A DNA stretch of 64,000 bases from the IMG/VR virus record IMGVR_UViG_3300027406_000071; one strand, 5' to 3'. The translations under genes were made by a program, and so were the position numbers. Each line of letters opens with the position of its first letter. Position 1 is the first letter of the stretch. Below, piece by piece: positions 8,722-20,621 of this stretch. Source of the stretch: an uncultured virus (IMG/VR IMGVR_UViG_3300027406_000071) (Duplodnaviria; Heunggongvirae; Uroviricota; Caudoviricetes). The notes beneath the pieces are model-generated. The model had not been told where the DNA came from and did no database searches. It worked only from the letters and a program-made list of their open reading frames with translations.

Positions 8722-11700
8722 TTACATATCTGTGTAATCATAACAGTCACTATCATTGTTCACAAACTCTAAGGTTACAGTAAATCCTTTTGCTGAAAAG
8801 TCTTGATTTGAAGCTGTAACATATAAATATTTAGAGTCAGTATTTACTTTTTCCATTACCGGTGAAATTGCAAATTTATTATTAGCACTATGTGTCCATG
8901 TTGCAATGCTACTTACTGCACCGTTGCTACTTACACCGTTTAAAGTATATACTACGTTAGCTGTGTTATTAACAGTACCATATGATGATTCTATCCATCT
9001 TAATTCATATCCTTCATTTTCAAATGTAAATGGCACCTTTACGAATGCCTTTTGCAATCCATTATTTGTGACTGTTACGTCTCTTGCAACTGGATTAAGA
9101 GCTATATGTTCCCAACATGATCCTGTTCCACGCGATCCAGAATTACCTGAAGTTCCACTAGTTCCACTACCATCTCTTCCTGAAGTTCCATTTGTACCTG
9201 AGCTTCCGTTTGTTCCTGAAGTTCCATTTGTATAATCTTCACCTTTTACTGGTGTTTTACCTGATGTACCGTTTGTTCCTGAAGTTCCGTCAGTTCCACT
9301 TGTTCCATCAGTTCCTGAAGTTCCGTCAGTTCCTGAAGTTCCGTCAGTTCCACTTGATCCATTTGTACCTGAAGTTCCAGGGTCTCCGTTTTTACCTGAA
9401 GTTCCATCAGTATAATCTTCACCTTTTATTGGTGTTACACCTGAAGTTCCATCAGTTCCACTTGTTCCATCAGTTCCTGAAGTTCCATCAGTTCCTGAAG
9501 TTCCATCAGTTCCTGAAGTCCCGTCAGTTCCACTTGATCCATCAGTTCCTGAAGTTCCATCTTTACCTGAAGTTCCATCAGTTCCTGAAGTTCCATCTTT
9601 ACCTGAAGTTCCATCAGTATAATCTTCATCTTTTATTGGAGTTACACCTGAACTACCATTAGTACCAGAAGTTCCGTTAGTTCCACTTGTTCCGTCAGTT
9701 CCACTTGTACCATTTGTTCCAGAAGAACCATCAGTTCCACTTGTACCATTTGTTCCAGAAGTACCATTTGTACCTGAAGTTCCATCTTTACCTGAAGTTC
9801 CATCAGTATAATCTTCACCTTTTATTGGTGTTATACCTGAAGTTCCATCTTTACCTGAAGTTCCAGCTAAACCAGAAGTTCCATCAGTTCCTGAACTTCC
9901 ATCAGTTCCTGAGCTTCCACTCGAACCTGAACTACCATTAGTACCAGAAGTTCCGTTAGTTCCAGAAGTTCCAGAAGTTCCATCTTTTCCAGAAGTTCCA
10001 TCAGTGTAATCTTCACCTTTTATTGGTGTTATACCTGAAGTTCCGTTAGTTCCTGATGAACCTGAGCTTCCGCTAGTTCCATTAGTTCCACTTGTACCAT
10101 TAGTTCCTGAACTTCCATTAGTTCCTGAGCTTCCACTCGAACCTGAACTACCGTCAGTACCAGAAGTTCCGTTAGTTCCACTTGATCCTGATGTTCCATT
10201 TTCACCATTTCTACCTGAAGTTCCATCTTTACCTGATGTGCCGTTTTCACCATCTACATAATCTTCACCTTTTATTGGTGTTGTACCTGATGTACCATTA
10301 GTTCCACTTGATCCATTAGTTCCTGAAGAACCACTTGATCCTGAAGTTCCACTTGATCCATCTTTACCTGAAGTTCCATCAGTTCCTGAACTTCCATCAT
10401 TTCCTCTACCACCATCTTCACCTGAAGATCCAGAAGAACCATTAGTTCCAGATGTTCCGTCTATACCAGAAGTTCCATCTTCACCGTCTTTTCCTGAAGT
10501 TCCATCTACATAATCTTCACCCTTTATTGGCGTTATACCTGAAGTTCCATTTCTTCCCGAAGATCCGCTCGATCCATCAGTTCCTGAAGATCCACTTGAT
10601 CCACTTACACCAGAAGTTCCACTTACACCTGATGTTCCTGGATTACCAGTTACTCCTGAAGATCCACTTGTTCCATCTCTACCTGAAGTTCCATTTTCAC
10701 CGTCTTTTCCTGAAGTTCCATCAGTATAATCTTCACCTTTTATTGGTGTTACACCTGAAGTTCCACTTATACCTGATGTACCATTAATTCCAGATGTTCC
10801 GTTTACACCTGAAGTTCCGTTTACACCGTTAATTCCAGATGTACCGTTAATTCCAGATGTACCATTAATTCCTGAAGTTCCATCTCTACCTGAAGTTCCA
10901 TCTTCGCCGTCTTTTCCTGAAGTTCCATCTACATAATCTTCACCTTTTATTGGTGTTACACCTGATGTTCCATTAATTCCTGAAGTTCCATCGTTATAAT
11001 CTTCACCTTTTATTGGTGTTGCACCTGATGTACCATTAATTCCAGATGTTCCATCTCTACCTGAAGTTCCATCAACTCCTGAAGTTCCATCAACTCCTGA
11101 AGTTCCGCTTACTCCTGAAGTTCCATCTTCACCGTCTTTTCCTGAAGTTCCATCTACATAATCTTCACCTTTTATTGGAGTTGTACCTGAAGTTCCGCTT
11201 ATACCTGATGTTCCATGATCACCATCAGCACCATCAGCTCCAGATGTACCATCTGCGCCATCTCTACCTGAAGTTCCATCTTCACCGTCTTTTCCTGAAG
11301 TTCCATCTACTCCTGAAGTTCCATCGTTTCCATCAACTCCTGAGGTTCCATCTTTACCTGAAGTTCCTGATGCACCTTGTATTGATCCACCATTAATCCA
11401 ATTTGTTCCGTTCCACATCCAGAAACTATCATCTGCTTGTACAATATATGCGTCACCTTGTTGATTGCCTTCTTCCGGTAAATTTGCTTCTGTTTCAACT
11501 TCTCCTTTAAAATTAACACCTGGTCCTACTCCACCTCGTGGACCATCAACTCCTGAAGTTCCATCTTCTCCTTTAATACCTGAAGTTCCATCAACTCCTG
11601 AAGTTCCATCTGCACCAGAAGTTCCATTGTTTCCATCAACTCCTGAAGTTCCATCTGCACCGTCTTTTCCTGAAGTTCCATCAGTATAATCTTCACCTTT

Positions 11701-13455
11701 TATTGGTGTTACACCTGAAGTTCCATCTATACCATTAATTCCTGAAGTTCCATCTTCTCCTTTAATACCTGAAGTTCCATCAACTCCTGAAGTTCCATCT
11801 GCACCAGAAGTTCCATCTACTCCAGATGTTCCATCTTCACCGCCAACATTTGGTAAAGTAGCACCATCACCGTTCGTATAAACAATTATCATGTTACCAT
11901 CGTCGTCTATTGTAATAGAAGAGATTCCTCTACCATCAACACCATCGGCACCTGTAGCTCCATCATCACCTTTAATACCTGGTATACCAGTTAAGTTGAT
12001 ATTCCAATTAGAACTAAATGAAGATTCTGTACTTTGATAAACGTTATTCCACATCATTACACCAGTAGAACTATCATATGAAGTTACTTGTACTATATCA
12101 AAATCATCCGGACTGGCATCTAAAGATACTATAACGTATTCACCACCTTGATATGATAAACCAGTATCTACTGTTACCGAACCTAAATCTTGGTTACCTG
12201 GATTTCTGTCTTCACCGAGACTATGTGGACCATTAAATGAAGTTGCAAATTCTATTGAATCTCCATCTGTTCCAGAAGTTCCATCTACACCAGAAGTTCC
12301 AGCGTTTCCATCAACTCCTGAAGTTCCATTAATACCAGAAGTTCCATCTATACCAGAAGTTCCATCTATACCAGAAGTTCCACTAACTCCATCGATACCA
12401 GAAGTTCCATCGATACCAGAAGTTCCATTGATACCAGAAGTTCCATTAACTCCATCTTCACCATCTTCTCCATTAGAACCATCTTTTCCTGATGTTCCAT
12501 CAACTCCTGATGTTCCATTAACACCGTCATTTCCTGAAGTTCCAGCGAGTCCATTAATACCAGAAGTTCCATTACTACCAGAAGTTCCATCGTTTCCATC
12601 AACTCCTGATGTTCCATCTGCTCCTGTTTGACCAGGTACACTACTTAGATTAATAATCCAAGGACCGTTACTATTTAATAAGTTACCGTTATTTGATACG
12701 TGTGAAAATGTTAATTGCGTATTACTGTAAGCAGTTACTATTGCAATTTGTACATTAGTCATATCTAATGGTTGTGTAATCGAAATATATTCGCCACCTA
12801 TATAAGATAATCCAGGATCTACTGTTAAAGTACCGTTTGCATTATTTGAGTGTATATCAGTTGAAGTAGTCATGAAATTTACTGAGGATCCATCTACACC
12901 TGAAGTTCCATCGTTCCCATTTACTCCTTGTGCTCCATCAGCTCCATCTACACCTGAAGTTCCATCAGCTCCGCTTTCTCCAGATAATGATAATTCTACC
13001 CAACATCCATTAGGATCATTAGATATTCCTATATCTGCAGCCGTTTTTTGTTCAGCAGTAAAACCATTTGCTGGAGTTGCACCCGCAGCACAGTAAGTTC
13101 CTGCAGGATCTATTCTTAATGCTCTTTCCCATTCTGGTAAAGCTAACCAATCAGCTTCTCCTAAATCACCACCGTTTCCAAAGAAACCAACGGGAATTAA
13201 ATTAAATATTTTTTTATCTTCTACAACATGAATCATCATACCAACTCTTCTTCTACCTGATGACCAAATGTCATCCGATATTGTAAAACCTGTATATGTT
13301 GAAACTCCATTTTCAAAAAGAGGTATACTATTTCTTTCTCCAACTGTTATCATTTCTTGATAACCACCCTTTTGTGCGATAGAATGTATTAAACCTTCAG
13401 ATGGTGCTGAATGAGATAAAAAGTTAACTCTTTGTATTCCTTGTGGTAAAGCCAT
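8722..13455 (-). CDS. Giant collagen-like (GTSGxx) fibre/appendage protein
   Basis: Long Gly-X-Y runs, about 12 TP[IV]K[GD]EDY knobs, N-terminal domain shared with 13564-15465 and 17011-20604. Confidence 0.85.
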   Translation of the reverse strand: MALPQGIQRVNFLSHSAPSEGLIHSIAQKGGYQEMITVGERNSIPLFENGVSTYTGFTISDDIWSSGRRRVGMMIHVVEDKKIFNLIPVGFFGNGGDLGEADWLALPEWERALRIDPAGTYCAAGATPANGFTAEQKTAADIGISNDPNGCWVELSLSGESGADGTSGVDGADGAQGVNGNDGTSGVDGSSVNFMTTSTDIHSNNANGTLTVDPGLSYIGGEYISITQPLDMTNVQIAIVTAYSNTQLTFSHVSNNGNLLNSNGPWIINLSSVPGQTGADGTSGVDGNDGTSGSNGTSGINGLAGTSGNDGVNGTSGVDGTSGKDGSNGEDGEDGVNGTSGINGTSGIDGTSGIDGVSGTSGIDGTSGIDGTSGINGTSGVDGNAGTSGVDGTSGTDGDSIEFATSFNGPHSLGEDRNPGNQDLGSVTVDTGLSYQGGEYVIVSLDASPDDFDIVQVTSYDSSTGVMMWNNVYQSTESSFSSNWNINLTGIPGIKGDDGATGADGVDGRGISSITIDDDGNMIIVYTNGDGATLPNVGGEDGTSGVDGTSGADGTSGVDGTSGIKGEDGTSGINGIDGTSGVTPIKGEDYTDGTSGKDGADGTSGVDGNNGTSGADGTSGVDGTSGIKGEDGTSGVDGPRGGVGPGVNFKGEVETEANLPEEGNQQGDAYIVQADDSFWMWNGTNWINGGSIQGASGTSGKDGTSGVDGNDGTSGVDGTSGKDGEDGTSGRDGADGTSGADGADGDHGTSGISGTSGTTPIKGEDYVDGTSGKDGEDGTSGVSGTSGVDGTSGVDGTSGRDGTSGINGTSGATPIKGEDYNDGTSGINGTSGVTPIKGEDYVDGTSGKDGEDGTSGRDGTSGINGTSGINGTSGINGVNGTSGVNGTSGINGTSGISGTSGVTPIKGEDYTDGTSGKDGENGTSGRDGTSGSSGVTGNPGTSGVSGTSGVSGSSGSSGTDGSSGSSGRNGTSGITPIKGEDYVDGTSGKDGEDGTSGIDGTSGTNGSSGSSGEDGGRGNDGSSGTDGTSGKDGSSGTSGSSGSSGTNGSSGTNGTSGTTPIKGEDYVDGENGTSGKDGTSGRNGENGTSGSSGTNGTSGTDGSSGSSGSSGTNGSSGTNGTSGTNGTSGSSGSSGTNGTSGITPIKGEDYTDGTSGKDGTSGTSGTNGTSGTNGSSGSSGSSGTDGSSGTDGTSGLAGTSGKDGTSGITPIKGEDYTDGTSGKDGTSGTNGTSGTNGTSGTDGSSGTNGTSGTDGTSGTNGTSGTNGSSGVTPIKDEDYTDGTSGKDGTSGTDGTSGKDGTSGTDGSSGTDGTSGTDGTSGTDGTSGTDGTSGTDGTSGVTPIKGEDYTDGTSGKNGDPGTSGTNGSSGTDGTSGTDGTSGTDGTSGTDGTSGTNGTSGKTPVKGEDYTNGTSGTNGSSGTNGTSGRDGSGTSGTSGNSGSRGTGSCWEHIALNPVARDVTVTNNGLQKAFVKVPFTFENEGYELRWIESSYGTVNNTANVVYTLNGVSSNGAVSSIATWTHSANNKFAISPVMEKVNTDSKYLYVTASNQDFSAKGFTVTLEFVNNDSDCYDYTDM

Positions 13456-13509
13456 TATAAATTAAATTATTTTTCTTTTTTTATATATCTAAATTAAAAA
13501 CGTGGAAAC

Positions 13510-13539
13510 AAAAAAAGAGAGGCAAAAAGCCTCTCTTTT
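13510..13539 (-). terminator. Intrinsic terminator
   Basis: aaaagagaggc-N5-gcctctctttt hairpin with A/T tracts. Confidence 0.8.
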
Positions 13540-13563
13540 AATAAAATTAATTTAATTAATTAA

Positions 13564-15465
13564 TTACCTTGGATCATCTCCTTCTCCTTCGCCTCCTTCG
13601 CCTCCTTCAGGATTTGTAATTAATGTTCCAGTGTATGTTCTATCTCCTTCTGCTTGAGTAATTGGTATTTGTACTCTTATAGCATTTTGATTAACAATAT
13701 GTTGTTGAGCAGAACCTTCTAGTTCTAGACGTGCAACTGCCGAATTAGTAATAGGTTGTCCGTCTCTTCTAACAATCCATAAGTAATGGTTAGTAGAAGT
13801 TTCTTTACTTACTGCAGGAGTTCTAAATGATGTTAGATCTTCTTCCTCATTTCTACTACTACCTGTACCTGAAACTATTTTATAAGTTGGATCTTGTGAA
13901 GCTTCTTCAAATGTCCATGTAGTTGTGTATTTATCCTCAGGTCTATCTGGTGTTGCAGTTGGTGTTGGACCGTTTCCATCACCTGAACTATCAGTTGGTT
14001 GAGGTGTTGGTGGAATCGGTGTTGCAGTTGGATCTGGTTGCGGTGTTGCAGTTGGATCTGGTTGCGGTGTTGGATCCGGAGAATCTCCTGGACAATCAGC
14101 AACTGATACTATTTCACCGCCTCTAACTTTAACTTTTAATTTTGGAATTCCTTCATTTCCTATATCATACCATCTGTCGCTACCATTAAATGGCACACTT
14201 GTTTCAACGTCTTGCCATAAACGATCACCTATAGTTAATTGCATTGGATCTGCTTTATCTGAAGTATATATTGGATGTTTTAAATCTTCACATGCTTCTT
14301 TATTTTCAATATCTCCTGCACCGTCAGCTACATTTACACCAAATGTATACACATCTTTAGGTGCTTCTGGTGTTGCAGTTGGCTCAGGAACTGGTGTTGC
14401 AGTTGGATCTGGAACTGGCGTTGCAGTTGGATCCGGTTGAGGAACTGGCGTTGCAGTTGGATCTGGTTGAGGAACTGGTGTTGCAGTTGGATCTGGAGCC
14501 GGAGTTCCGTCAGCACAACATACTGTTATTGTTCCTGTCATACCTGCATGTGCAGTACACACATATGTATATGTTCCAAACGCATCTTGTGGTACTTTCC
14601 ACACTAAATCTGCATTTTCAACAACTGGTAAACTACCACTAACAATTCCTGCAGCGATATTACCGTTTTGACTAAAAATATTTAATGGATGCCCTCCAGT
14701 AGATCTTCTAAATGTATAAGTTTCACCTTTACATACATATAAGTTAGGATTTCTATTGTTAACACTATTTTCATATTCTGAATCTTGACCTACTTTATAG
14801 AATTCTGCTCCTTCAGACCAGAAATCTAATACTTTTTCATAATCTTGACCATCAGCTCCATCGGCTCCATCGGCTCCTGGTGCTCCATCAGCTCCATCAG
14901 CTCCATCAACTCCATTGGCTCCTGGTGCTCCATCGGCTCCATCAGCTCCTGGTGCTCCATCAGCTCCGTCTGCTCCATCAACTCCATTAGTTCCGATACT
15001 TGTTTCTATCCAACATCCCATTGGATCTGCAGATATTCCTATATCTGCAGCTGTTTTTTGTACAGCAGTAAAACCATTTGCTGGAGTTGCTCCTTCAGAA
15101 CAATAAGTTCCTGAAGGATCAATTCTCAATGCTCTTTCCCACTCAGGCATATTAATCCAATCAGCTTCAAGTAAATCTCCTCCGTTTCCAACAAAACCTA
15201 CTGGAATTAAATTAAAAAATTGTTTTGTTTTCATTACAAAAACCAACATACCGGCTCTTCTTCTACCTGAAGACCATATGTCATCTGATAAAGTGAAACC
15301 AGTATATGCTGAATCACTGTTTTCAAAACATGTAATTGTAGGGAAATCATTCTGATGATAGATTTCTTGATATCCACCCTTTTGTGCAATAGAATGTATT
15401 ATTCCATCACTTGGAGCGGATGCTGATAAAAAGTTAACTCTTTGTATTCCTTGTGGTAGTGCCAT
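13564..15465 (-). CDS. Modular fibre protein: shared N-domain, short collagen, cupredoxin-like domain, PT repeats
   Basis: [14 protein letters not shown] domain; GADGAP repeats; GHPL...YVCTAHAGM; PDPTATP repeats. Confidence 0.8.
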   Translation of the reverse strand: MALPQGIQRVNFLSASAPSDGIIHSIAQKGGYQEIYHQNDFPTITCFENSDSAYTGFTLSDDIWSSGRRRAGMLVFVMKTKQFFNLIPVGFVGNGGDLLEADWINMPEWERALRIDPSGTYCSEGATPANGFTAVQKTAADIGISADPMGCWIETSIGTNGVDGADGADGAPGADGADGAPGANGVDGADGADGAPGADGADGADGQDYEKVLDFWSEGAEFYKVGQDSEYENSVNNRNPNLYVCKGETYTFRRSTGGHPLNIFSQNGNIAAGIVSGSLPVVENADLVWKVPQDAFGTYTYVCTAHAGMTGTITVCCADGTPAPDPTATPVPQPDPTATPVPQPDPTATPVPDPTATPVPEPTATPEAPKDVYTFGVNVADGAGDIENKEACEDLKHPIYTSDKADPMQLTIGDRLWQDVETSVPFNGSDRWYDIGNEGIPKLKVKVRGGEIVSVADCPGDSPDPTPQPDPTATPQPDPTATPIPPTPQPTDSSGDGNGPTPTATPDRPEDKYTTTWTFEEASQDPTYKIVSGTGSSRNEEEDLTSFRTPAVSKETSTNHYLWIVRRDGQPITNSAVARLELEGSAQQHIVNQNAIRVQIPITQAEGDRTYTGTLITNPEGGEGGEGEGDDPR

Positions 15466-15493
15466 TTTTTATTATTTATTTTTATTATTTATT

Positions 15494-16966
15494 TTAGCTA
15501 TTTACAACGTAAACTATAGGTAATTCAATAGTCATTGGAACAGTGTTTAATTTATACAAATTATAATTAGTTCCATTTGGTCCAACAAATGCTAATTTTT
15601 CTGAACAATTATCTGCTGGTGCTCCATCGATTTCAAATCTTTTATGAACTGTTAAGTCATCACCTATCATATCTACTGGAATTGCTAGCCAATAGAAGTT
15701 AGCTGAACTACTTGCCGGAATTGTAAAACTAGTACCATCAACTATTTCAGATAGTGAGTTTACTTGTTCATATGATCCAGGGTTAGCTAACATATCTGCG
15801 AATGATTCATCATAATTAGCAGCTACACTATTATCAGCTTTATATAAAGTTCCTCCAATTAGATCTTGTGCGTAAGGATATCCTCCTGATCCTAAGTGGA
15901 AGTAATATGCATCAGCTTGTTCTGGTTCTGGCGTTGCAGTTGGTGGAACTGGCGTTGCAGTCGGTTCAGCTGTTGGAACTGGCGTTGCAGTTGGTTCAGC
16001 TGTTGGAACTGGCGTTGCAGTTGGTGGAACTGGCGTTGCAGTTGGATCTGGTGGACATTCTGTCCATTGTAAAACTTTAGTAGCTACACCTTCAGATCCT
16101 ATAGTAACCCAGAAGTAATTTGTAGGTTCTGATGATGGTGTTTCAGAATTCCACCAAAGGAATCCACTATTTGTAAAGAATTCATCTCCATTTTGATCTG
16201 CGTAAAATACGTTTCCAACTTCAGGCATAGTTAACGCCTCTTCTTCAGCGGTCCATAATACATATGGTCTAGCTTCGTCTCCTGCTTGATGAGATACACC
16301 ACTAATATCTTGTGCATTACAGAAGAAATCACGATGTTCTTCTTCATTCTTATCAAGTAATCCATTTATGAATTCTTCAGGTTCACCTGCCATTAGATTC
16401 CATCCAGAAACAACATGTCTCTGTGGTTGTAATAATAATGGTTCAGCAGTCGGAACTGGCGTTGCAGTTGGTATTGCAGTCGGAACTGGCGTTGCAGTTG
16501 GATCTGGTATAGCTGTTGCTGTAGGATCTGGAACTGGCGTTGCAGTCGGATCTGGTATAGCTGTTGCTGTAGGATCTGGAACTGGCGTTGCAGTCGGATC
16601 TGGCACTGGCGTTGCAGTCGGATCTGGCACTGGCGTTGCAGTTGGAACTGCAGTCGGAGCTGGTGTCGCAGTTGGCGAAGGAGTATTGGCATTAACAGTT
16701 AAAACATTAGTAAAAGTTTCACAACCATTTCCGTCGACTATTTTTATTTTATAATCACCTGCAACAACTCCACTGTTACCTGAATAATCTGTAGCGTTTC
16801 CAAAAGTAAATGAGTTTGATACAACTGAATTTACAGGATTTTGAAACGTCGGATATGCGTTTTGTGGTACAGGTAAATTATTCCCTGCGTTCAATAAAGT
16901 ATACTGGTAAGGTCCGACTCCTCCAGATACTGTTACTGATACTGTTCCATTTGTAATGTTTGCCAT
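15494..16966 (-). CDS. PT-repeat protein with SprB-repeat-like N-domain and C-domain shared with 20622-21848
   Basis: VSGGVGPYQY...GDYKIKIVDGNGC; tandem PDPTATPV; YYFHLG...NFYWLAIP. Confidence 0.75.
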   Translation of the reverse strand: MANITNGTVSVTVSGGVGPYQYTLLNAGNNLPVPQNAYPTFQNPVNSVVSNSFTFGNATDYSGNSGVVAGDYKIKIVDGNGCETFTNVLTVNANTPSPTATPAPTAVPTATPVPDPTATPVPDPTATPVPDPTATAIPDPTATPVPDPTATAIPDPTATPVPTAIPTATPVPTAEPLLLQPQRHVVSGWNLMAGEPEEFINGLLDKNEEEHRDFFCNAQDISGVSHQAGDEARPYVLWTAEEEALTMPEVGNVFYADQNGDEFFTNSGFLWWNSETPSSEPTNYFWVTIGSEGVATKVLQWTECPPDPTATPVPPTATPVPTAEPTATPVPTAEPTATPVPPTATPEPEQADAYYFHLGSGGYPYAQDLIGGTLYKADNSVAANYDESFADMLANPGSYEQVNSLSEIVDGTSFTIPASSSANFYWLAIPVDMIGDDLTVHKRFEIDGAPADNCSEKLAFVGPNGTNYNLYKLNTVPMTIELPIVYVVNS

Positions 16967-17010
16967 TATTTATCTTTGTTTTATTTATTTATATATTCAT
17001 TTATTTAGTA

Positions 17011-20000
17011 TTATCCGCAATAAAGGTATCCATAAACGCCTTCTGCTTTGCCATTTCCATCAAAATTAACAGATGACATACATTTACCTACTGTAAATGA
17101 ATTAATCACTTGTCTTTCTTCATATTGTGGAGTGCCATCTTCAATGTTAACAACTGCATATTCAACTGGTTGTTTCATAAGATAACCTGGTGTATCTGAA
17201 GAACATAAAAGGTCTCCAATAGCTACTTCACCATTTTGATTACATACTTTCATACCTAATAGCGATCCTTCAATTGAATCACCTAATGAAGCAACTCTCC
17301 AAATAGTTTTAGTATCTCTATCAGCTTCTGCTAATTTAACACCAAATGAATCTCTATAATGATGATCTTTTTCTACATATACTCTAGGTTCACTAAAGTG
17401 TTTATCTAATGGACTTGGTTTTAAAGAATAATCAACTTCTAGCCATAAAATACCAACTATACCAGTATCTTTTGCAGAATCTGCTTTTACTAATTCATTA
17501 TTATTATCTAATTTAACTAAATCTCCACTTTCGATAGAAACATCATTTCTTTTAACGTATGCGTGAGAAAGTGTCGCCAATTGGCCTCCACGGCCTTCAT
17601 CGGTTTCTTCACTTAGTTCACTATCGGTTCTTGCATCTTCTTTATATTTTGAAAATGTTTCTTCACCAATAATAACATCCTCGTACAATGCAAGTTTAGA
17701 TACACCATCTACAACTTTGGTTTGAAAGAATCCACTAGCTAAAACTCCACCAATCTTTGCATCACCTGCAATATCAATATCACCTTTAAATTTAGCATCA
17801 CCAGCAGGTGAGATATAAAAAGTTGGAGCGTTGATAGCATCATTATCTAAATTAATGGCCATTCCGTTAGGCGAATATGTTGTCCAATCAGCACCCGCTA
17901 AATTGAAGTCTCCACTTTTTAGGACACCTGTAGTTATTTTACTACCATCAATAGTAGTAGATGTAGTTAAATATTGACTAGTATCTGGGGCAGGACCAGT
18001 TGCTCCTTTATCACCTTTTGGTCCAGCATCACCTTTAGCACCTGCACTACCTTGAGCACCTGTTGCACCCTTTATAAGTGACCATGTATATTTTGTATGG
18101 TCGTTTGAATCTTCTAGTGTTTGATCAGTATATTGACCGATATAATCTCTATTTGTAGAATCGTCTACACTAAAATTTGAAGCTCCATTTGAACTGTTAG
18201 CATAAGCTATGTGTAAATATGAAGTTAGACCATTTTGACCGTTTGTTCCTGCAATACCATCTGCACCATTTGCACCATTTGCACCTTTAACTAGTGCCCA
18301 TTTCCATTTTGAATCTCCAGCTCCAGCATCATTTGGATCATAGTCAACATAAGTTCCTATATAATCTTTTCCAGCAGGTGATTGGCTAAATCCACCACCA
18401 TTTTCATTATCAGCATACGCTATATGGAAATATGAACTTATTCCAGCATCACCTTTACCACCAGTTTCACCTTTAAGACCTTCTAAACCTCTTGGTCCGG
18501 CATCACCTTTTCCACCAGTTGGTCCAGCAATACCCTGAGCTCCACCTGCTCCTTGAATTCCTTGTAAACCTTGTGCACCATTACTACCTTTTTCACCTTG
18601 ATCACCTTTTTCACCTTGATCACCCTTAATTAATGACCATGTATAATCAGAATGGTTGTTAGATTCTGTACTTGTTGTTTTGTTAAAAGCAAAACCAATA
18701 TATTTTTTATTTGTAGGTGAATTACTAAAGCCAGTAGAACCATCTCCAGAATCAGCATATCTAATCCAAGTATATGTTGGTTCACCGTTTACTCCATCTG
18801 CACCTCTAATACCATCAGCACCATCGGCACCATCTTGTCCAACTAATGAATTAAGGAAATCAGTAGTAGTTCCTGTATTTCCAGAGGCTAACCATGCATT
18901 ATATGCACTATCTCCATCAGCACCATCTTGACCATCTACACCATCAAAATAATCTACGCCCTTAACAGGAATATATCCATCAGCACCATCCTGACCGTCA
19001 GCTCCTTTAATTAATGACCATGTATAGTTTGTATGGTTGTTTGAATCTTCTAGAACATAATCAGTATATTGACCAATATAATCTTTACCTGCAGAATCGC
19101 TAATATCAAAGTCTAAACCTGTTGTATTATTAGCATAAGCTATGTGTAAGTATGTAGTTTGTCCATTTTCACCATCTATTCCTGGTATACCGTTTTCACC
19201 ATCTACTCCGTCTACACCTTTAACTAATTGCCATTTCCATAATGGAGAATTGAAACCTGCATCGTCAGACACATCATCAACATAAGTACCTATATAATCT
19301 TTTCCGGCAGCTTGTTGGCTAAATCCTCCACCTGATGCATCATCAGCGTAACCTATATGGAAATAAGTTTGTACACCATCAAGACCTTTAGGACCTGGAA
19401 TACCATCTTCACCTTTATCACCTTGTAAACCGGCAAGACCTTGATCACCTTTATCACCTTTATCACCCTTGATTTTTGTCCATAAATATACATTTGGATC
19501 TGTAGAATCTGCTAAATTAAAATCAGTATATTGTCCAATGTATAATTTATTATCTGAATCAGTTACACTAAAACCGCTCTGGCCGTTTGAATCGTTTGCA
19601 TATGCTAAGTGTAAGTATGAAGTTTGTCCATTTTCACCATCTATTCCTGGTATACCGTTTTCGCCATCTGCTCCATCGATACCTTTAATCAATGCCCATT
19701 TCCATAAAGATGAATTTGGTAAAGCATCATCTTCTATACCATCGACATAAGTACCTATATACTCTTTTCCGGCAGCATCTTGACTAAAACCTCCACCTGA
19801 TGAATCATTAGCATAAGCTATATGAAAATAAGTTGGTAATCCATCATCACCTTTTGGACCTTGAATTCCATCAGCACCATCATTACCTTGTAAACCATCT
19901 AAACCTGAATCACCTGTGTCACCTTTTTCACCCTTTATCTGTGACCATGTATATTTAGTATGATCTAAAGATCCATTAGGATTAAAATCAGTGTATTGGC

Positions 20001-20604
20001 CGATATACAATTTATCGTTAGATTCTGTTTTAGAAAAACCAGAACCATTTATATCATTTGCGTATGCTATATGTATATATGAATTAAGACCATCTACTCC
20101 TGGTGAACCATCTAAACCATTAACACCTACTGGCAATTCAACCCAAGAAGAATTAGCATCCGGAGCAATTCCTAAATCAGCTGCTGTTTTTATCACAGCG
20201 GTAAATCCATTTAAAGGACTTGCAGACTCTGAAGTGAATGCTCCAGAAGGATCCATTCTTAATGCTCTTTCCCATTCTGGTAATGCCAACCATTCTTCTT
20301 TTCCTAAATCACCTTCATTTCCAAAGAAACCAATAGGAATTAAGTTGTATAATTTTCTATCTTCAACGACATATATCATCATTCCTACTCTTCTTCTACC
20401 AGTTGACCACACATCATTAGATTGTGTAAATCCATCATAAACGGCACCGGTTATATTTAAGAATGATTTAATATTATTTCTATCTTCCTTGGTTAACATT
20501 TCTTGATATCCACCCTTTAATGTAATAGAATGTAAAATTCCATCAGTAGTTTCTGCTGGTGAGAAAAAACCCGATCTAGATATTCCTTGTGGTAATAGGC
20601 TCAT
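17011..20604 (-). CDS. Tail-fibre/antireceptor-like protein with collagen segments and a peptidase G2/chaperone-like C-terminus
   Basis: Eight ~50-aa YxHIAYA...YIG...W.xIKG repeats between collagen tracts; C-terminal KVCNQNG..IGDLLCSS..PGY. Confidence 0.75.
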   Translation of the reverse strand: MSLLPQGISRSGFFSPAETTDGILHSITLKGGYQEMLTKEDRNNIKSFLNITGAVYDGFTQSNDVWSTGRRRVGMMIYVVEDRKLYNLIPIGFFGNEGDLGKEEWLALPEWERALRMDPSGAFTSESASPLNGFTAVIKTAADLGIAPDANSSWVELPVGVNGLDGSPGVDGLNSYIHIAYANDINGSGFSKTESNDKLYIGQYTDFNPNGSLDHTKYTWSQIKGEKGDTGDSGLDGLQGNDGADGIQGPKGDDGLPTYFHIAYANDSSGGGFSQDAAGKEYIGTYVDGIEDDALPNSSLWKWALIKGIDGADGENGIPGIDGENGQTSYLHLAYANDSNGQSGFSVTDSDNKLYIGQYTDFNLADSTDPNVYLWTKIKGDKGDKGDQGLAGLQGDKGEDGIPGPKGLDGVQTYFHIGYADDASGGGFSQQAAGKDYIGTYVDDVSDDAGFNSPLWKWQLVKGVDGVDGENGIPGIDGENGQTTYLHIAYANNTTGLDFDISDSAGKDYIGQYTDYVLEDSNNHTNYTWSLIKGADGQDGADGYIPVKGVDYFDGVDGQDGADGDSAYNAWLASGNTGTTTDFLNSLVGQDGADGADGIRGADGVNGEPTYTWIRYADSGDGSTGFSNSPTNKKYIGFAFNKTTSTESNNHSDYTWSLIKGDQGEKGDQGEKGSNGAQGLQGIQGAGGAQGIAGPTGGKGDAGPRGLEGLKGETGGKGDAGISSYFHIAYADNENGGGFSQSPAGKDYIGTYVDYDPNDAGAGDSKWKWALVKGANGANGADGIAGTNGQNGLTSYLHIAYANSSNGASNFSVDDSTNRDYIGQYTDQTLEDSNDHTKYTWSLIKGATGAQGSAGAKGDAGPKGDKGATGPAPDTSQYLTTSTTIDGSKITTGVLKSGDFNLAGADWTTYSPNGMAINLDNDAINAPTFYISPAGDAKFKGDIDIAGDAKIGGVLASGFFQTKVVDGVSKLALYEDVIIGEETFSKYKEDARTDSELSEETDEGRGGQLATLSHAYVKRNDVSIESGDLVKLDNNNELVKADSAKDTGIVGILWLEVDYSLKPSPLDKHFSEPRVYVEKDHHYRDSFGVKLAEADRDTKTIWRVASLGDSIEGSLLGMKVCNQNGEVAIGDLLCSSDTPGYLMKQPVEYAVVNIEDGTPQYEERQVINSFTVGKCMSSVNFDGNGKAEGVYGYLYCG

Positions 20605-20621
20605 GCTTGTATTAACTATTT

